Positions 31,164 to 42,873 of a stretch of DNA of 64,000 nucleotides are shown here, one piece after another. Below the pieces are notes generated by a model. The model was not told the origin of the DNA and made no database searches. It saw only the letters and a program-made list of their open reading frames with translations. The DNA is taken from positions 434,001 to 498,000 of the forward strand of contig QPMI01000560.1 of the NCBI GenBank assembly GCA_004431415.1, read 5' to 3'. A program made the position numbers and the translations under genes. The stretch comes from Cyanophora paradoxa CCMP329 (taxonomy: Eukaryota > Plantae > Glaucophyta). Each line of letters opens with the position of its first letter. Within the stretch, counting starts at the first letter, position 1.

Positions 31164-33030
31164 ATGGCCGTCCCCAACGCGACGCCTGGCTCGGGCACCC
31201 GGTGCGCGTAGCCGCCGCGCCCCAGCGGTCAGTCCGATCCGCTGGCGGCCGCTGATCTCTCCTCCGGACAGGAACTGGACGCTGGCCGGCAGCCTCATAG
31301 CGGACGCGGTGCGCACGCCGCTCCGAGCTCTTGGCTGCGCCGCCTGACGCAGGTCCAGGCGGTCGGCCTGGCCGGCTGGGTGGAACAGCGGCTGCTGCGG
31401 CTCGTCGAGGAGCGGGAGGGAAGGAGGAGCTCGAGCGGGGCGACGGGCGGAGGCGGAGGGGCGGGAGGCGTGGCCGGCGCACCTGCGGCTCGGGGCGCGG
31501 CTGCTCGGGCGCGGCGGGGCGGAGGCGGCGCTGCTGCGGGGCTGGGCGGCGCCGGCGCTGGACGCGACGGTCACGCTGGAGCTGCTCGCGCGCTGCGGCG
31601 GCGAGCTCGGCCTGGCAGGCGGCGCGGCCGGCGAGGCGGCGGGGGCGCTCGCGGAGGGCGGGCGATGTGGGCCACTCGTGCCGGTGCCCGCGCTTTGACG
31701 CCGGCGGCTCGCACGAGCCGGCGGCCCTCCTCGCCGCCGCGCTTGCCCTGTACGGCGCCTGCGGCCTCGACGGCGAGCCGCTGCGGGCGCGCTTCGCGGC
31801 GGCGGCGGCTGCTGCGGGGCGGGGCGGGGCGGGGCGGGGGAGGCGTGGCGGGTGGCGAAGGAGGCGGCGTGGTGGGAGCTGGAGCGGGGCAGGGTACCGG
31901 GCGACTACGTGGACCCGGGGAGCTCGCGCTGGGGCCTCCCTCTCGGCGGGGGCCTTCGGGGAGGTCTGGCGCGCCCACTGGCGCGCCCGACCCGTCGCCG
32001 TCAAGGCCCGCCCCGGCCCCGGTCCTGCTCCGCCGCCCCTTCAGGACGACACGGGCTGAGGGGCCGGGGCGGGGGCAGGTGGTGCGGCTGCGGGAGGCGC
32101 GGGCCGTGCGCGCCTTCCTCAAGGAGGCCTCCCTCCTTCGGTGGGCCCGCCCCGCCCCGCCCCGCCCGCCCGCCCGGCGCGGCGCTGAGGCGCGCGCCCC
32201 CGCCCGCAGGTCCGTCGAGCACCCGAACGTGGTGCAGTGCCACGGGTACAGCGTCGGGCCGGGCCCCCGCCGCTGCCCCCGAGCGTGCGCCCCGCCCGCC
32301 GCCCTCCGCCCCCGCCCGGCCGGGCCCGCCCGACGCGGCGGCAGGCTTCGGGTTCCTCGTGATGGACCACAGCCCCCACGGCGACCTCCGGGGTACCGCA
32401 TCCCCCCGCCCCCCCTGCCCCGTACCCCCCGGGACCCTCCCCCGGCAGGGTACCTGGCGCGGCACCCGGGGCTGCGGGTGGGGGAGCGGGCGGGGCTGGC
32501 GCGGGACGTGGCGGCGGCGCTGGCGCACCTCCACTCGCGGCCCCGGCCCGTCATCCACTGCGACCTCAAGCCCTCCAACGCGCGCCAGAGCCTGTACCCC
32601 CTGCTCCTCCTCTTACTCCGATCCTCGTTACAGGTGCTGGTTTCGGGGGACGGGCGGGCGCAGGTGTGTGACTTCGGCCTCGCGAAGGCCCGCATCGCCT
32701 CCCTCTCCGGCGCCGCCCGCCCCGCCTCCTCTGCCTCCTCCTCCTCCGGGCCCTCCCAGGGCTCCCTCTTCGGCACCCTCCACTACACCGGCCCGCCCCT
32801 ACCCCGCTTCTCCCCCCCCCGCTGACGGGGTACCCCCGCAGCACCGGAGGTGTTCGCGTTCGACTCCGGGCGGGAGGGGAGCCCTGCGGCGCTGCTGACT
32901 CCAGCCCTGGACATGTACTCCTTCTCCATGCTCCTCTTCGAGATCTCCACGGGTACCGAGCCCTGGCGCGACCTCCTCCGCTTCGTCCCCGGTACGGTAC
33001 CCCCCTCCATCGCGACCTGGAGGTACAGTA
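31164..33030 (+). pseudogene. HEPN-like/TKL kinase gene copy C, 3'-truncated, recombinant of copies D and B
   Basis: Subdomains I-IX present (VAVK, EHPNVV, HCDLKPSN, DFG, APE, DMYSF); lacks the CW..RP exon and the RBR. Confidence 0.8.
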
Positions 33031-33105
33031 CCCCGCCCCAATCCCACCTCCCCATCCCTATGCATGAGCTCGCTAGTGGTGTAATAGTTACTGGAGGAAC
33101 GAGGC

Positions 33106-36100
33106 TCAAGTCGGAAAGAGGCACGGGGGCCGGTAGGGCCTTGTGGGGCGCGATGGGAATGATGAGGCCGTATGTAGGGCGGAGAGATCGGAAGCGGGGC
33201 TGGGCGCGACGGCGGGCGCGTCGAGAGCTATCGCCGGCCTCGCGGGGTCAGCTTCTGAGAAGCTCAAAGGGGTGGGCGGGATAGGTTCGTGGGAGGGGCG
33301 AAGTGGCGGCGAATTCGACGCGGGCCCCTCCGCGGCCCGCTCGGCCCGCGCCGGCGTCGACGGCCCGGCGTCCGAGGAAGGGCCGGCGACTGCGGCCGGC
33401 GGGCCGTCGAAGGGGCAGCGGCACTCGGGGCAGCCGTCGGCGAGCGGGCTCGCCCGCCACATCTCAATGCAGCGCCCGTGGAAGCGGTCTGCGGGGGGCG
33501 TTAGGACGGCGGGCGGAACGGACGGGGACCGGCGGGTGTGGCGCGGGGCCGGCAAGGCGCACGGCGGCAGGGGAGGGCGGCGGGGGGCGGGCCGGCGGAC
33601 AGGGGCCCGAGGCAGATGGAACAATCGAGCCCCGCCTCCTCGGGGGCGGCCGCGGCCTCGGCGGCCTGGCGCGCCTCCTGCTGGTGCTGGCGTTCTCGCT
33701 CGCGCTGCTGCCCCGCCTCCTCCGCCTGCCGCTCCCGCTCGCGCTGCTGCTCCTCTGCTCGCCGCCGCGCCTCCTCCTCCTCACTCCGCTTCGCCTCCTC
33801 GCGCCGCTGCAGCTCCGCCGCCATGTGACGCCGCAGCTCCTGTACCCTGCCGCTGCCCCTCAACGCCTCCAAAAAGGAAGGGCGGCGGAGGGGCGCACCG
33901 GCGGAGGGCGTCGGCGCCGGCGCCGGAGCCGGCGAGCTCCCGCTCCGCCTTCTCCGCCTCCCGCCCCGCCGCCTCCAGCTGGCCCGCCCCCGCCATGCAC
34001 CCTGCGGGGCCGGCGGCGTCAGCGATGGTCGACGGGCCCGCGGACAGCGGCCGGGCGGCGCACGGATGCGGAGCAGGCGAGCCTCGAAGTCTCCCGGAGA
34101 CCGCTGCGAACCCCTTACAAGCGGCTGGCCACGGCGGCGGGCGCCGTGCGGACCTTCAAAAGGGCGTCGAGGAGCTTGCGGGCGGGAGCCCACCGCGCGC
34201 CCTCCACGTGCCCCCGCGCCGCCTCCTGCCGCGCCGCTCGGCCGGCGGACGGGGGCGGGTGGGGGCGGGCGGGGGCGCGCACGCGGTCGGCGGCGTGGCG
34301 GGCGGCGCGCTCGGCGCGCTCGGCCTCCTGCCGCGCCCGCTCGCGCTCCTCCTCCGCCCGCTGCCGCTCCTCCCGCTCCCGCCTCCGCTGCTCCAGCTTG
34401 CCGGCGAGGCGCGTCTTGGGGCCTTCTTCTCGCTCCTGTTCGCGGGCGATGCACTCCTGTTCGTGTGCGATGCACTCCTGACGCGCGGTCATGCCGTCAC
34501 GCGCATGCACACAGCGCCGGCAAGGTAGGGACGATACCATTACTCCGGGCGGTATTGTGTGCGGCGGCCTCTTGTGGGCCTGCGACCAGTCGTACACGAT
34601 CTGCGAGGCATTCTAATTCTGAAGCAGGAAAGGGAGCGGAGGGAAAAGAAGGACGGGCGGGGCGCGCCTTGCGGAAGGCCTTGCTGGGGTCGAGGTGGGG
34701 GGCCCGCTCGTAGAGAAGCCAAAGCGTATGCAGCGCCTCCCCGACCCCGGGGTGCGTCCGGCCCATTGTTGCCTCGAGGATCCTCCACCCCCGCTGCGGC
34801 CCGAGTGGGCGGCAGGCGGAGCGCGCAAGGTACGGGGCCGGGGCGCACGCGGGCGCCGGCATCCATCAGCTCGGGCGGCTTGTTGGCGGCGAGCTGGAAG
34901 CGAGTAAGGTGCATGAGGGCGTAGCCGACGCGCCAGTGTGCCGGGCCCATGCGTCGCTCCGTCTCCGACACGAGCCGCTGCGGGGGCCGCCGCGGTTCAC
35001 ACAGGCATGGGTGCGCAAAGGTGGCCGCCGCGCACCATTGCGACCGCCTCAGCCGCGGACGGGTTGTCTAGACCGAACCAGATGTCTGTGAGCCTCTCGG
35101 AGGCCTTTTCAAAGTCACCGATGCCAACGCAGCGGTTGCACACCCGCTCCGCGATAGCCACGGCCATCTAGTCGGGCCGCCCGGTCAGCTCGGCTGGAAA
35201 GAGCCGGGGGCGCTCTGCCGCTCAGCCGGGGGCGCCACCCGGGCTAGCAGAGTGGGGCAGCCAAGGAGGACCTTCAAAAGGCCGAGCGCGCACTGGAGGC
35301 GTCGCGCAGAGGCGTGGTGATCTCCGAGGAGGACGAGGTACTTCGAGACGGGCAGCTGGCAGCAATGCCGAGCGATCGCCGCTTCCTTGCCCGCCTCCCC
35401 CTCGTGCGCAAAGGCCGCCTGCGTGGCACCGCCGTGGGCTGGACAGTGCGTGGAAAGTGCGCAGAATGGACCTTGTAGTAGGCCTCGGCCCCATCGGGAT
35501 CCTTCATGTCTTGCAGGCACATCCCCAGCATGTACTCCGTCCTGGCCGTGGCCACGTGGACGGACCCCTGGCTCTCATGGCGGAGCGCTAGCGCTCTCTG
35601 CGTATCGGCGAGCAGCGCGCTCCACGTCAGAAGAAGGCTACCTGAAACAGGCATGCAAGGCTCGCGCGCGGCGGGAGCGCACGAGGAGGACCTGCTTGGC
35701 GGTGGAAAAGTCGCCCTTGCTGGCGTACGTCTTGGCAAGGAGCTCGGCGTGGTCCGCGAGGGCTCCGGGCTTGCTCGCCACCCGCAGCGCCGCGTCCTCC
35801 TCGTACAGCTTCAGCGCCGCCTGGGGAGCGCAGGAAGGCTGTTAGCGCGCGCGAGGCTGAGGCAGATCATAGCTGCTCGGAGGCCTAGGCGCACCTCGTA
35901 GAGCCGGATGGCCTTGTCAAAATTTCCGCGTCCGTCATCCAAGTGGAGATGACCGAAGTGCATCGCGCACGCAGCACTCAACGCGTGCTGCCGCCCGACC
36001 CTGTGCTCGAGCATGTCCAGGTACTCCTGCGCATGCGCAACGCGGTCGGCTGGCATTTGGCTCGCGAGAGTTGCAGCCAGGACGGGCCTGCATCTCGGCG

Positions 36101-36510
36101 ATGTACTGGGGCCGGCGGGTCTCTAGATCTGCGTAGGGAGAGGAAGAAGAAGGCCAGCGAAAACCCAGCAATGCGAAGACAAGCGTCTTGCACTCGCCGC
36201 ACACGCAGTCGGGCGTGCATGTGCATCGAAAGTATTCGAAATCAATCCCAAGCTTAAGGAGATGGACCAGCGGCGGTAGCTTCATGAAGATCATGTTCGT
36301 CTGATCATGAGCTGTCCTAGGCCTCCCAGCGTCGTCCTTAAGCTTAAGCTGCTGAATTAGGAGCGCTAGCTTTGTCTGCCGCTGCTGTTCATGCTGCTGA
36401 AGGGCGCCGGCGTCCGCGCCTGCAGCTGTGTCCGATTCGGCAAACTTCTCCGCGGCCGCGGCCGCGGCCGCCTCCCTCCTGGTTGCCTCCAGCTGGCGCG
36501 CCCCTGCCAT
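33106..36510 (-). CDS. TPR-like/coiled-coil/RING-H2 protein, copy D (no CCCH)
   Basis: Near-identical to copy C with fewer homopolymer indels; RING CSIC..CR|HRFHGRCIEMWRASPLADGCPECR; start uncertain. Confidence 0.75.
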
Positions 36511-36962
36511 GCACTCTGCTTCAGGGCATGCGCGTCAGCGATATGCAGCGGTCGGGCGCGCGGCGCACGCGTACGGATGCGGATCGGATCCAGAGCAGGC
36601 CAGCCTCGACGGATGACGGGCGGACCTTCACCTTCAAAAGGGCGTCAAAGAGCTATAGGGCTTGCGAGCCCTCCACGTGCCGCTGGGCCGTCTCCTATGC
36701 CTGCCGCGCCGCTCGGCGGGCGGGCGGGCGGGCAAGCGGCGGGCGGGGGGCGCGCACGCGGTCGGCGGCGTCGCGAACAAGTTTGCGGGAACGTCGCGTT
36801 GCGAAGGGAATTTGAACGTTAACTGACTATAACCCGGCCGCGGAATCTCCGGGCTTCGAACCCGCGATCCGGGGCTGCCGAAGGCGGGTGGAAACCGTTA
36901 GCTGGGGCCCAGCCGGGGCGCTGAATCGCCCTGAAGACGCGTACACGACTCTTCGACGCGCG

Positions 36963-38620
36963 ATGGCCGTCCCCAACGCGACGCCTGGCTCGGGCACCCG
37001 GTGCGCGTAGCCGCCGCGCCCCAGCGGTCAGTCCGATCCGCTGGCGGCCGCTGATCTCTCCTCCGGACAGGAACTGGACGCTGGCCGGCAGCCTCATAGC
37101 GGACGCGGTGCGCACGCCGCTCCGAGCTCTTGGCTGCGCCGCCTGACGCAGGTCCAGGCGGTCGGCCTGGCCGGCTGGGTGGAACAGCGGCTGCTGCGGC
37201 TCGTCGAGGAGCGGGGAGGGAAGGAGGAGCTCGAGCGGGGCGACGGGGCGGAGGCGGAGGGGCGGGAGGCGTGGCCGGCGCACCTGCGGCTCGGGGCGCG
37301 GCTGCTCGGGCGCGGCGGGGCGGAGGCGGCGCTGCTGCGGGGCTGGGCGGCGCCGGCGCTGGACGCGACGGTCACGCTGGAGCTGCTCGCGCGCTGCGGC
37401 GGCGAGCTCGGCCTGGCAGGCGGCGCGGCCGGCGAGGCGGCGGGGGCGCTCGCGGAGGGGCGGGCGATGTGGGGCCACTCGTGCCGGTGCCCGCGCTTTG
37501 ACGCCGGCGGCTCGCACGAGCCGGCGGCCCTCCTCGCCGCCGCGCTTGCCCTGTACGGCGCCTGCGGCCTCGACGGCGAGCCGCTGCGGGCGCGCTTCGC
37601 GGCGGCGGCGGCTGCTGCGGGGGCGGGGCGGGGGGCGGGGCGGGGGGAGGCGTGGCGGGTGGCGAAGGAGGCGGCGTGGTGGGAGCTGGAGCGGGGGCAG
37701 GGGTACCGGGGCGACTACGTGGACCCCGGGGAGCTCGCGCTGGGGGCCTCCCTCTCGGCGGGGGCCTTCGGGGAGGTCTGGCGCGCCCACTGGCGCGCCC
37801 GACCCGTCGCCGTCAAGGCCCGCCCCCGGCCCCGGTCCTGCTCCGCCGCCCCTTCAGGACGACACGGGCTGAGGGGGCCGGGGGCGGGGGGGCAGGTGGT
37901 GCGGCTGCGGGAGGCGCGGGCCGTGCGCGCCTTCCTCAAGGAGGCCTCCCTCCTTCGGTGGGCCCGCCCGCCCCGCCCCGCCCCGCCCGCCCGGCGCGGC
38001 GCTGAGGCGCGCGCCCCCGCCCGCAGGTCCGTCGAGCACCCGAACGTGGTGCAGTGCCACGGGTACAGCGTCGGGCCGGGGCCCCCGCCGCTGCCCCCCG
38101 AGCGTGCGCCCCGCCCGCCGCCCTCCGCTCCCGCCCGGCCGGGCCCGCCCGACGCGGCGGCAGGCTTCGGGTTCCTCGTGATGGACCACAGCCCCCACGG
38201 CGACCTCCGGGGTACCGCATCCCCCCGCCCCCCCTGCCCCGTACCCCCCGGGACCCTCCCCCGGCAGGGTACCTGGCGCGGCACCCGGGGCTGCGGGTGG
38301 CGGAGCGGGCGGGGCTGGCGCGGGACGTGGCGGCGGCGCTGGCGCACCTCCACTCGCGGCCCCGGCCCGTCATTCACTGCGACCTCAAGCCCTCCAACGC
38401 GCGCCGGAGCCCGTACCCCGGCCCCTCTTTTCCTCTTACCCTCATATGCAGGTGCTGGTGTCGGGGGAGGGGCGGGCGCAGGTGTGCGACTTCGGCCTCG
38501 CCAAGGCCCGCATCGCCTCCCTCTCCGGCGCCGCCCGCCCCGCCTCCTCCGCCTCCGCCTCGGGGCCCTCCCAGGGCTCCCTCTTCGGCACCCTCCACTA
38601 CACCGGCCCGCCCCTACCCC
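36963..38620 (+). pseudogene. HEPN-like/TKL kinase gene copy D, truncated after FGTLHYT
   Basis: Open from the HEPN-like exon through GAFGEVW; HCDLKPSN and DFG present; no APE exon follows. Confidence 0.8.
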
Positions 38621-38883
38621 CCGTCTACCGGTACCCCTCCACCCCCGCTACCCCTCCACCCCGCACTCCCCAGGCTCACTCGTACCCTGCTGGAACCACC
38701 GGAACTGTTTACAGCTACTGTTTACGACCTCGTACCCTACCCCTCTTACGCTACCCCACCTCCACCACGTAAGGTACGCTACCCCACCTCCACCAGTGTA
38801 CCCCCGAAGTCAGTCGAATCATCGAAGTCAGTGTACCCCCTCCTTCTTTTCGTTGTCCCAATATGTTACTTGAAGTGATTGGA

Positions 38884-41800
38884 TCAAGCGGGGAAGAGGC
38901 CCGGAGGCCGGTAGGGCCGCGTGGGGCGCCGGGGGAAGGAGGAGGGCGGGGGGGCGGGGGCAGGCTGGGCGGATGGTAAGGAGAGAGAGGCACTGGGGCC
39001 CTCCTCGGACGAGGCCGGCGAGGCGGGCTGCAGCGGCGGCGGCGGCGAGGCGGGGCCCGGCGCGCCCCGCTCAGCCCGCGGCGGCGTCACCGGGGCAGCG
39101 GCTGGGGAGGGCCGGCGGCCGGCGGGCCGTCGAAGGGGCGGCGGCACTCGGGGCAGCCGTTGCCCGGCGAGAACGCCCGCCACTTCTGAATGCAGGGCCC
39201 GTGGAAGCGGTCTGCGGGGCCGTGAGACGCGGGGCGCATGCGGGGGGTGGGGCGGGCGGGGCGCACGGCGGCAGGGGAGGGCGGCGGGGGGCGGGCCGGC
39301 GGCAAGCGGCTCGAAGCAGATGGCGCACTCGAGGCCCGCCTCTTCGGGCGCCGCCGCGGGCCCGGCGGGCCCCGCATAGTGCCGGTACCTGCCGCCCTGC
39401 GTGAGAGAAGCGAAAGAGGGAGGAGCGGTGCCGGCCCCGCACCGGCAGCGGGCGCCGTCGCGGCAGGCGCCCCTCGCGAAGAAGCGGCACGGGGCAGCCT
39501 GCGCAGGCCCCCATGATCTTGAGCTAGAAAAAAAAGCGGCCTCGGCGGGGGCCGCCGCGGGGGCCGCGGCTCCGTGCTGGAACCTGCGAGGGGCGTGGGC
39601 GGGGCCCCCCGCGGCGAGGAGGGGCGAGGGGCCCACCGGCAGCGGGCGCCGTCGCGGCAGAAGCCGGCGGCGAAGAAGCGGCACGCCGCCGCGCCCGTGC
39701 GGGCGGTCTGCGGTGCCTCGGCCGCCTGACGTGCCTGCTCCTCGCGCCGCTGCTGCTCCCGAGTCGCTTCCGCCCGCCGGCGCCGCTCCTGTTCCCGTCG
39801 CCGCTCAGCCTCGGCCGCCTGGCGCTCGTCCTCCTCGCGCCGCCGCTCCTCCCACGCCCGCGCCTCCTCTTCCAGTCGCAGCAGTTCCAAGGCGGCCGCA
39901 GCGGCCTCTGCCGCCCGCCGGGCCTCCTCCTGCCGTTCCTGCTGCTGGCGCTCCTGCTCCTCCCGCAGCCGCTGCTCCGCCTGCCGCTCCCGCTCGCGCC
40001 GCTGCTCCTCCGCCCGCCGACGCGCCTCCTCCTCTTCCATTCGCTTCGCCTCTTCTCGCTGCTGCATCTCCGCCGCGATGCGGTGCCGCTGCTCCTGTAT
40101 CCTGCCGCCACCCTCGGTACCCGCAGAGAGGAGGGGCGGCGGAGCGGCGAACCGGCGAAGGGCGTCGGCGCCGGCGCCGGAGCCGGCGAGCTCGCGCTCC
40201 GCCTTCTCCGCCTCTCGCCCGGCCGCCTCCAGCTGGCCCGCCCCCGCCATGCACTCTGCGGGGCCGGCGGCGTCAGGGCGATCTACAGCTCCGTGCAGCG
40301 GCCGGGCGGCGGCGCACGGATGCGGAGCAGGCAAGCCTCGAAGTCGTCCGGCGACCGCTGCGAACCCTTAGAAGCGGCGGGCGCCGCGGCCGGCGGGCGG
40401 ACCTTCAAAAGGGCGTCGAGGAGCTTGCGGGCGGGTGCCCACCGCGCGCCCTCCACGTGCCGCTGCGCCGCCTCCTGCCGCGCCGCTCGGCCGGCGGGCG
40501 GAGGCGGGCAAGCGGCGGGCGGGGGCGCACCCGGTCGGCGGCGTCGCGGGCGGCGCGCTCGGCGCGCTCGGCCTCCCGCCGCGCCCGCTCCCGCTCCTCC
40601 TCCGCCCGCCGCCGCTCCTCCCGCTCTCGCCTCCGCTGCTCCAGCTTGTCGGCGAGATCCCTGTTGGGGCCGATATATTCACAGTAGACTTGAACTGGGG
40701 ACTCCTGATCGCGGACGATGCGCTCCTGGCGGCAGGTCAGGGCGCCGATGCTCTCCTGCCAGCGCGGGCAAGGCAATGAGCGAGACCATCGTCTCGGGCG
40801 TCATGCAACTCGGCGGCCGCTTGTTTTCCCGTGCCCATTCGTACACAATCTGTGTGAGAAATTGTGAGCGGCGCGAGCGGCAGGCGACCCGGAGGGGCAG
40901 GCAGGGCAGAGCGCGCCCTGCGGAAAGTCCTGTAGGGGTCAAAGTGGGGAGCTCGCTCGTAGTGGGTCCACAGCAAGAAGAGCTCGTCGCCGATCCCGGG
41001 GCTGGTGGGGCCCTCGGTCGCCTCAAGAATCTTCCATGCACGCTGCGGCGGTGATCACGGTCAGCGGCAGACGGGACGCGGCGGGGGCACGGGTGGTGTC
41101 AAGAGTGCGGGCCGCACGCGGGCGTAAGGTTCGACCAGGTCAGGAAGCTTGCAGACGTTCAAGAAGAAGCGGGCGAGGTGAATCAGGGCGGATCCGACGC
41201 GGCGGTGCGCCGGGCCCAGGCGCTGCTCCGTCGCCTCCACGAGCCGCTGCGGGGGGCGTGAGGGCAAGGGGCAACTGGATGCGGGGCAAGGCACCCTGAT
41301 GACCGTCTGGGCAGCTACGAAGTCGCCAAGATCTTCCCACAGGCGCGCGAAGCCCATGGCGGTCTGCTCTAAGAAGCCGCGCTCGAGGCAGGCGGGGCAC
41401 ACGCGCTCCGCGATTGCCAAGGCCATCTGCTCAGGCGGTTGGCGGATCCGGGCGGCGCGGTGGGAACATGGAACCGGACCTGCATTAGCCCGAGAGCGTG
41501 CTCGGAGCGCCCCCCATCGGCGTGGCGCTCCGCAATGACGAGGAAGGTGGCGGCGACGGGCAGCCTGCAGCAGCGTCGCGCGATCGCCGCTTCGTGTCCA
41601 GCCTCCTGCTCGTGAGCGAAGGCCGCCTGCACGCGGGGCGTGGGCGGCGACCGAGAGCCAGAGTGCAGGACATGCACCCTGAAGTAAGGTTCGGCGCCTT
41701 CGACTTCAGACTCAGCATATCCTAGCATATACTCCGTCGCGGTCGTGTCCTCGTGCAATGGTCCCTGGCTCTCCTGGCGGAATGAGAGCGCCCACTGCGA

Positions 41801-42432
41801 GGTGCGATGTTAAAGGATGCGGCGCGGGGTCGGTGCAGGGCGCACGAGGAGGACCCGCTTAGCGGCCGCGAGATCGTCTATTTTCGAGTAGATCCCCCCA
41901 AGGATCTCGGCGTGGTCCGCGAGGGCACCGGGTTCTGTCGCCGCTCGCAGTCGCGCGTCCTCCGCGTACAGCGCCAGCGTCGGCTGCGGGGTGCAGAGTG
42001 CGCACGACGCGGGAAAGAGAGCAAAGAGCGGGAGGCGGGAGTCGGAGCTGCGAGGGTCGCACCTCGTAAAGCCTGACGGCCACATTCAAAGCCGCGAAGG
42101 CCTTTTTCGTGTCCTTTATCGCCTTGGAAAGCATGTAGTGTATATAGGCGAGGCGGATTGCGTGCGCTGCGCTCAAGGCGTGCTTCCGCCCGAGAGACTG
42201 CCTGAGCGTGCGCTGATTTTCCTGCGCAAGGCAGTTGTCTGGCGCGTGGACGCGAGGACGCTAAGTTGAGGACCTTGATCAGCTTGAAGTGTTGGGGGAA
42301 AGCTCCCGGTTTCGAAAGATCGAGATCCCGGCCATGTAGCTTGCAGACACGTTCCTTGCAGGGAACGCACACGCTGTCGCGCGTGCATGTGCAAATGAAG
42401 AACCCGTCGCGTTGAGGCGCATCCGGGTCCAT
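38884..42432 (-). CDS. TPR-like/coiled-coil/2xCCCH/RING-H2 protein, copy E (cleanest model)
   Basis: Splices as MDPDAPQRDGFFICTCTRDSVCVPCK..|ENQRTLRQSLGRKH..RLYE|..|WALSFRQESQGPLHEDT..|..LGPAHRRVG..|coil|CRFFAAGFCRDGARCR|FQH..CRFFARGACRDGARCR|YRH..RING..LFPA*. Confidence 0.85.
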
Positions 42433-42873
42433 TGCGATGGGCGAGCAAGGGCGAGCGCAAGTCTCGGCGCTGGCGGCGCTGAGCTGCGTGTGCGCGACAC
42501 GCCCGGCTTCAGTGCCAAGCGAGTCGAGATTGATCGGAACCGCGGAACGCACCCGGAACCTCTGGGCTTCGAACCCGCGATCCGAGGCTGGCATCTTCAT
42601 CTTTCAGCTCCTTTACGCGAGCTTCTAGCTCCAGAAGCTGCGGAGCTGTTGAAATCATTCTCGCGAGCTTTAGGCGCGAGCGCGCGACGCGCCCGGCCGC
42701 GGCCTTGCCGGGAAAGGAGCGCAAGAGGATCTGCCGTGCTTTGAACCCGCGATCCGGGGCTGCTGAAGGCGGGTGGAAACCGCTATAGCTTGCAATTGCT
42801 GGGGCCCAGCCGGGGTTCGGAATCGCACCCGCGACTTGTGCCGCGAGACACGTACACGACTCGCCAGCGCGCG
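42433..42873. promoter_or_regulatory. Putative bidirectional promoter of the gene pair, with a conserved ttcgaacccgcgatcc motif
   Basis: Short spacer between divergent ATGs; the motif recurs in all five spacers (~7720, 13046/13080, 31058, 36855, 42568/42741). Confidence 0.5.

Noticed and set aside
27094-32860. Many frameshifts suggesting copy C (and part of kinase E) is pseudogenised or uses programmed frameshifting
   Set aside because: Differences from copy D are almost all single-base losses in G/C homopolymers, the typical long-read consensus error in under-polished repeats.
42560-42780. tRNA gene suggested by the GGTTCGAA motif
   Set aside because: No acceptor stem, D-arm or anticodon arm could be folded around it.
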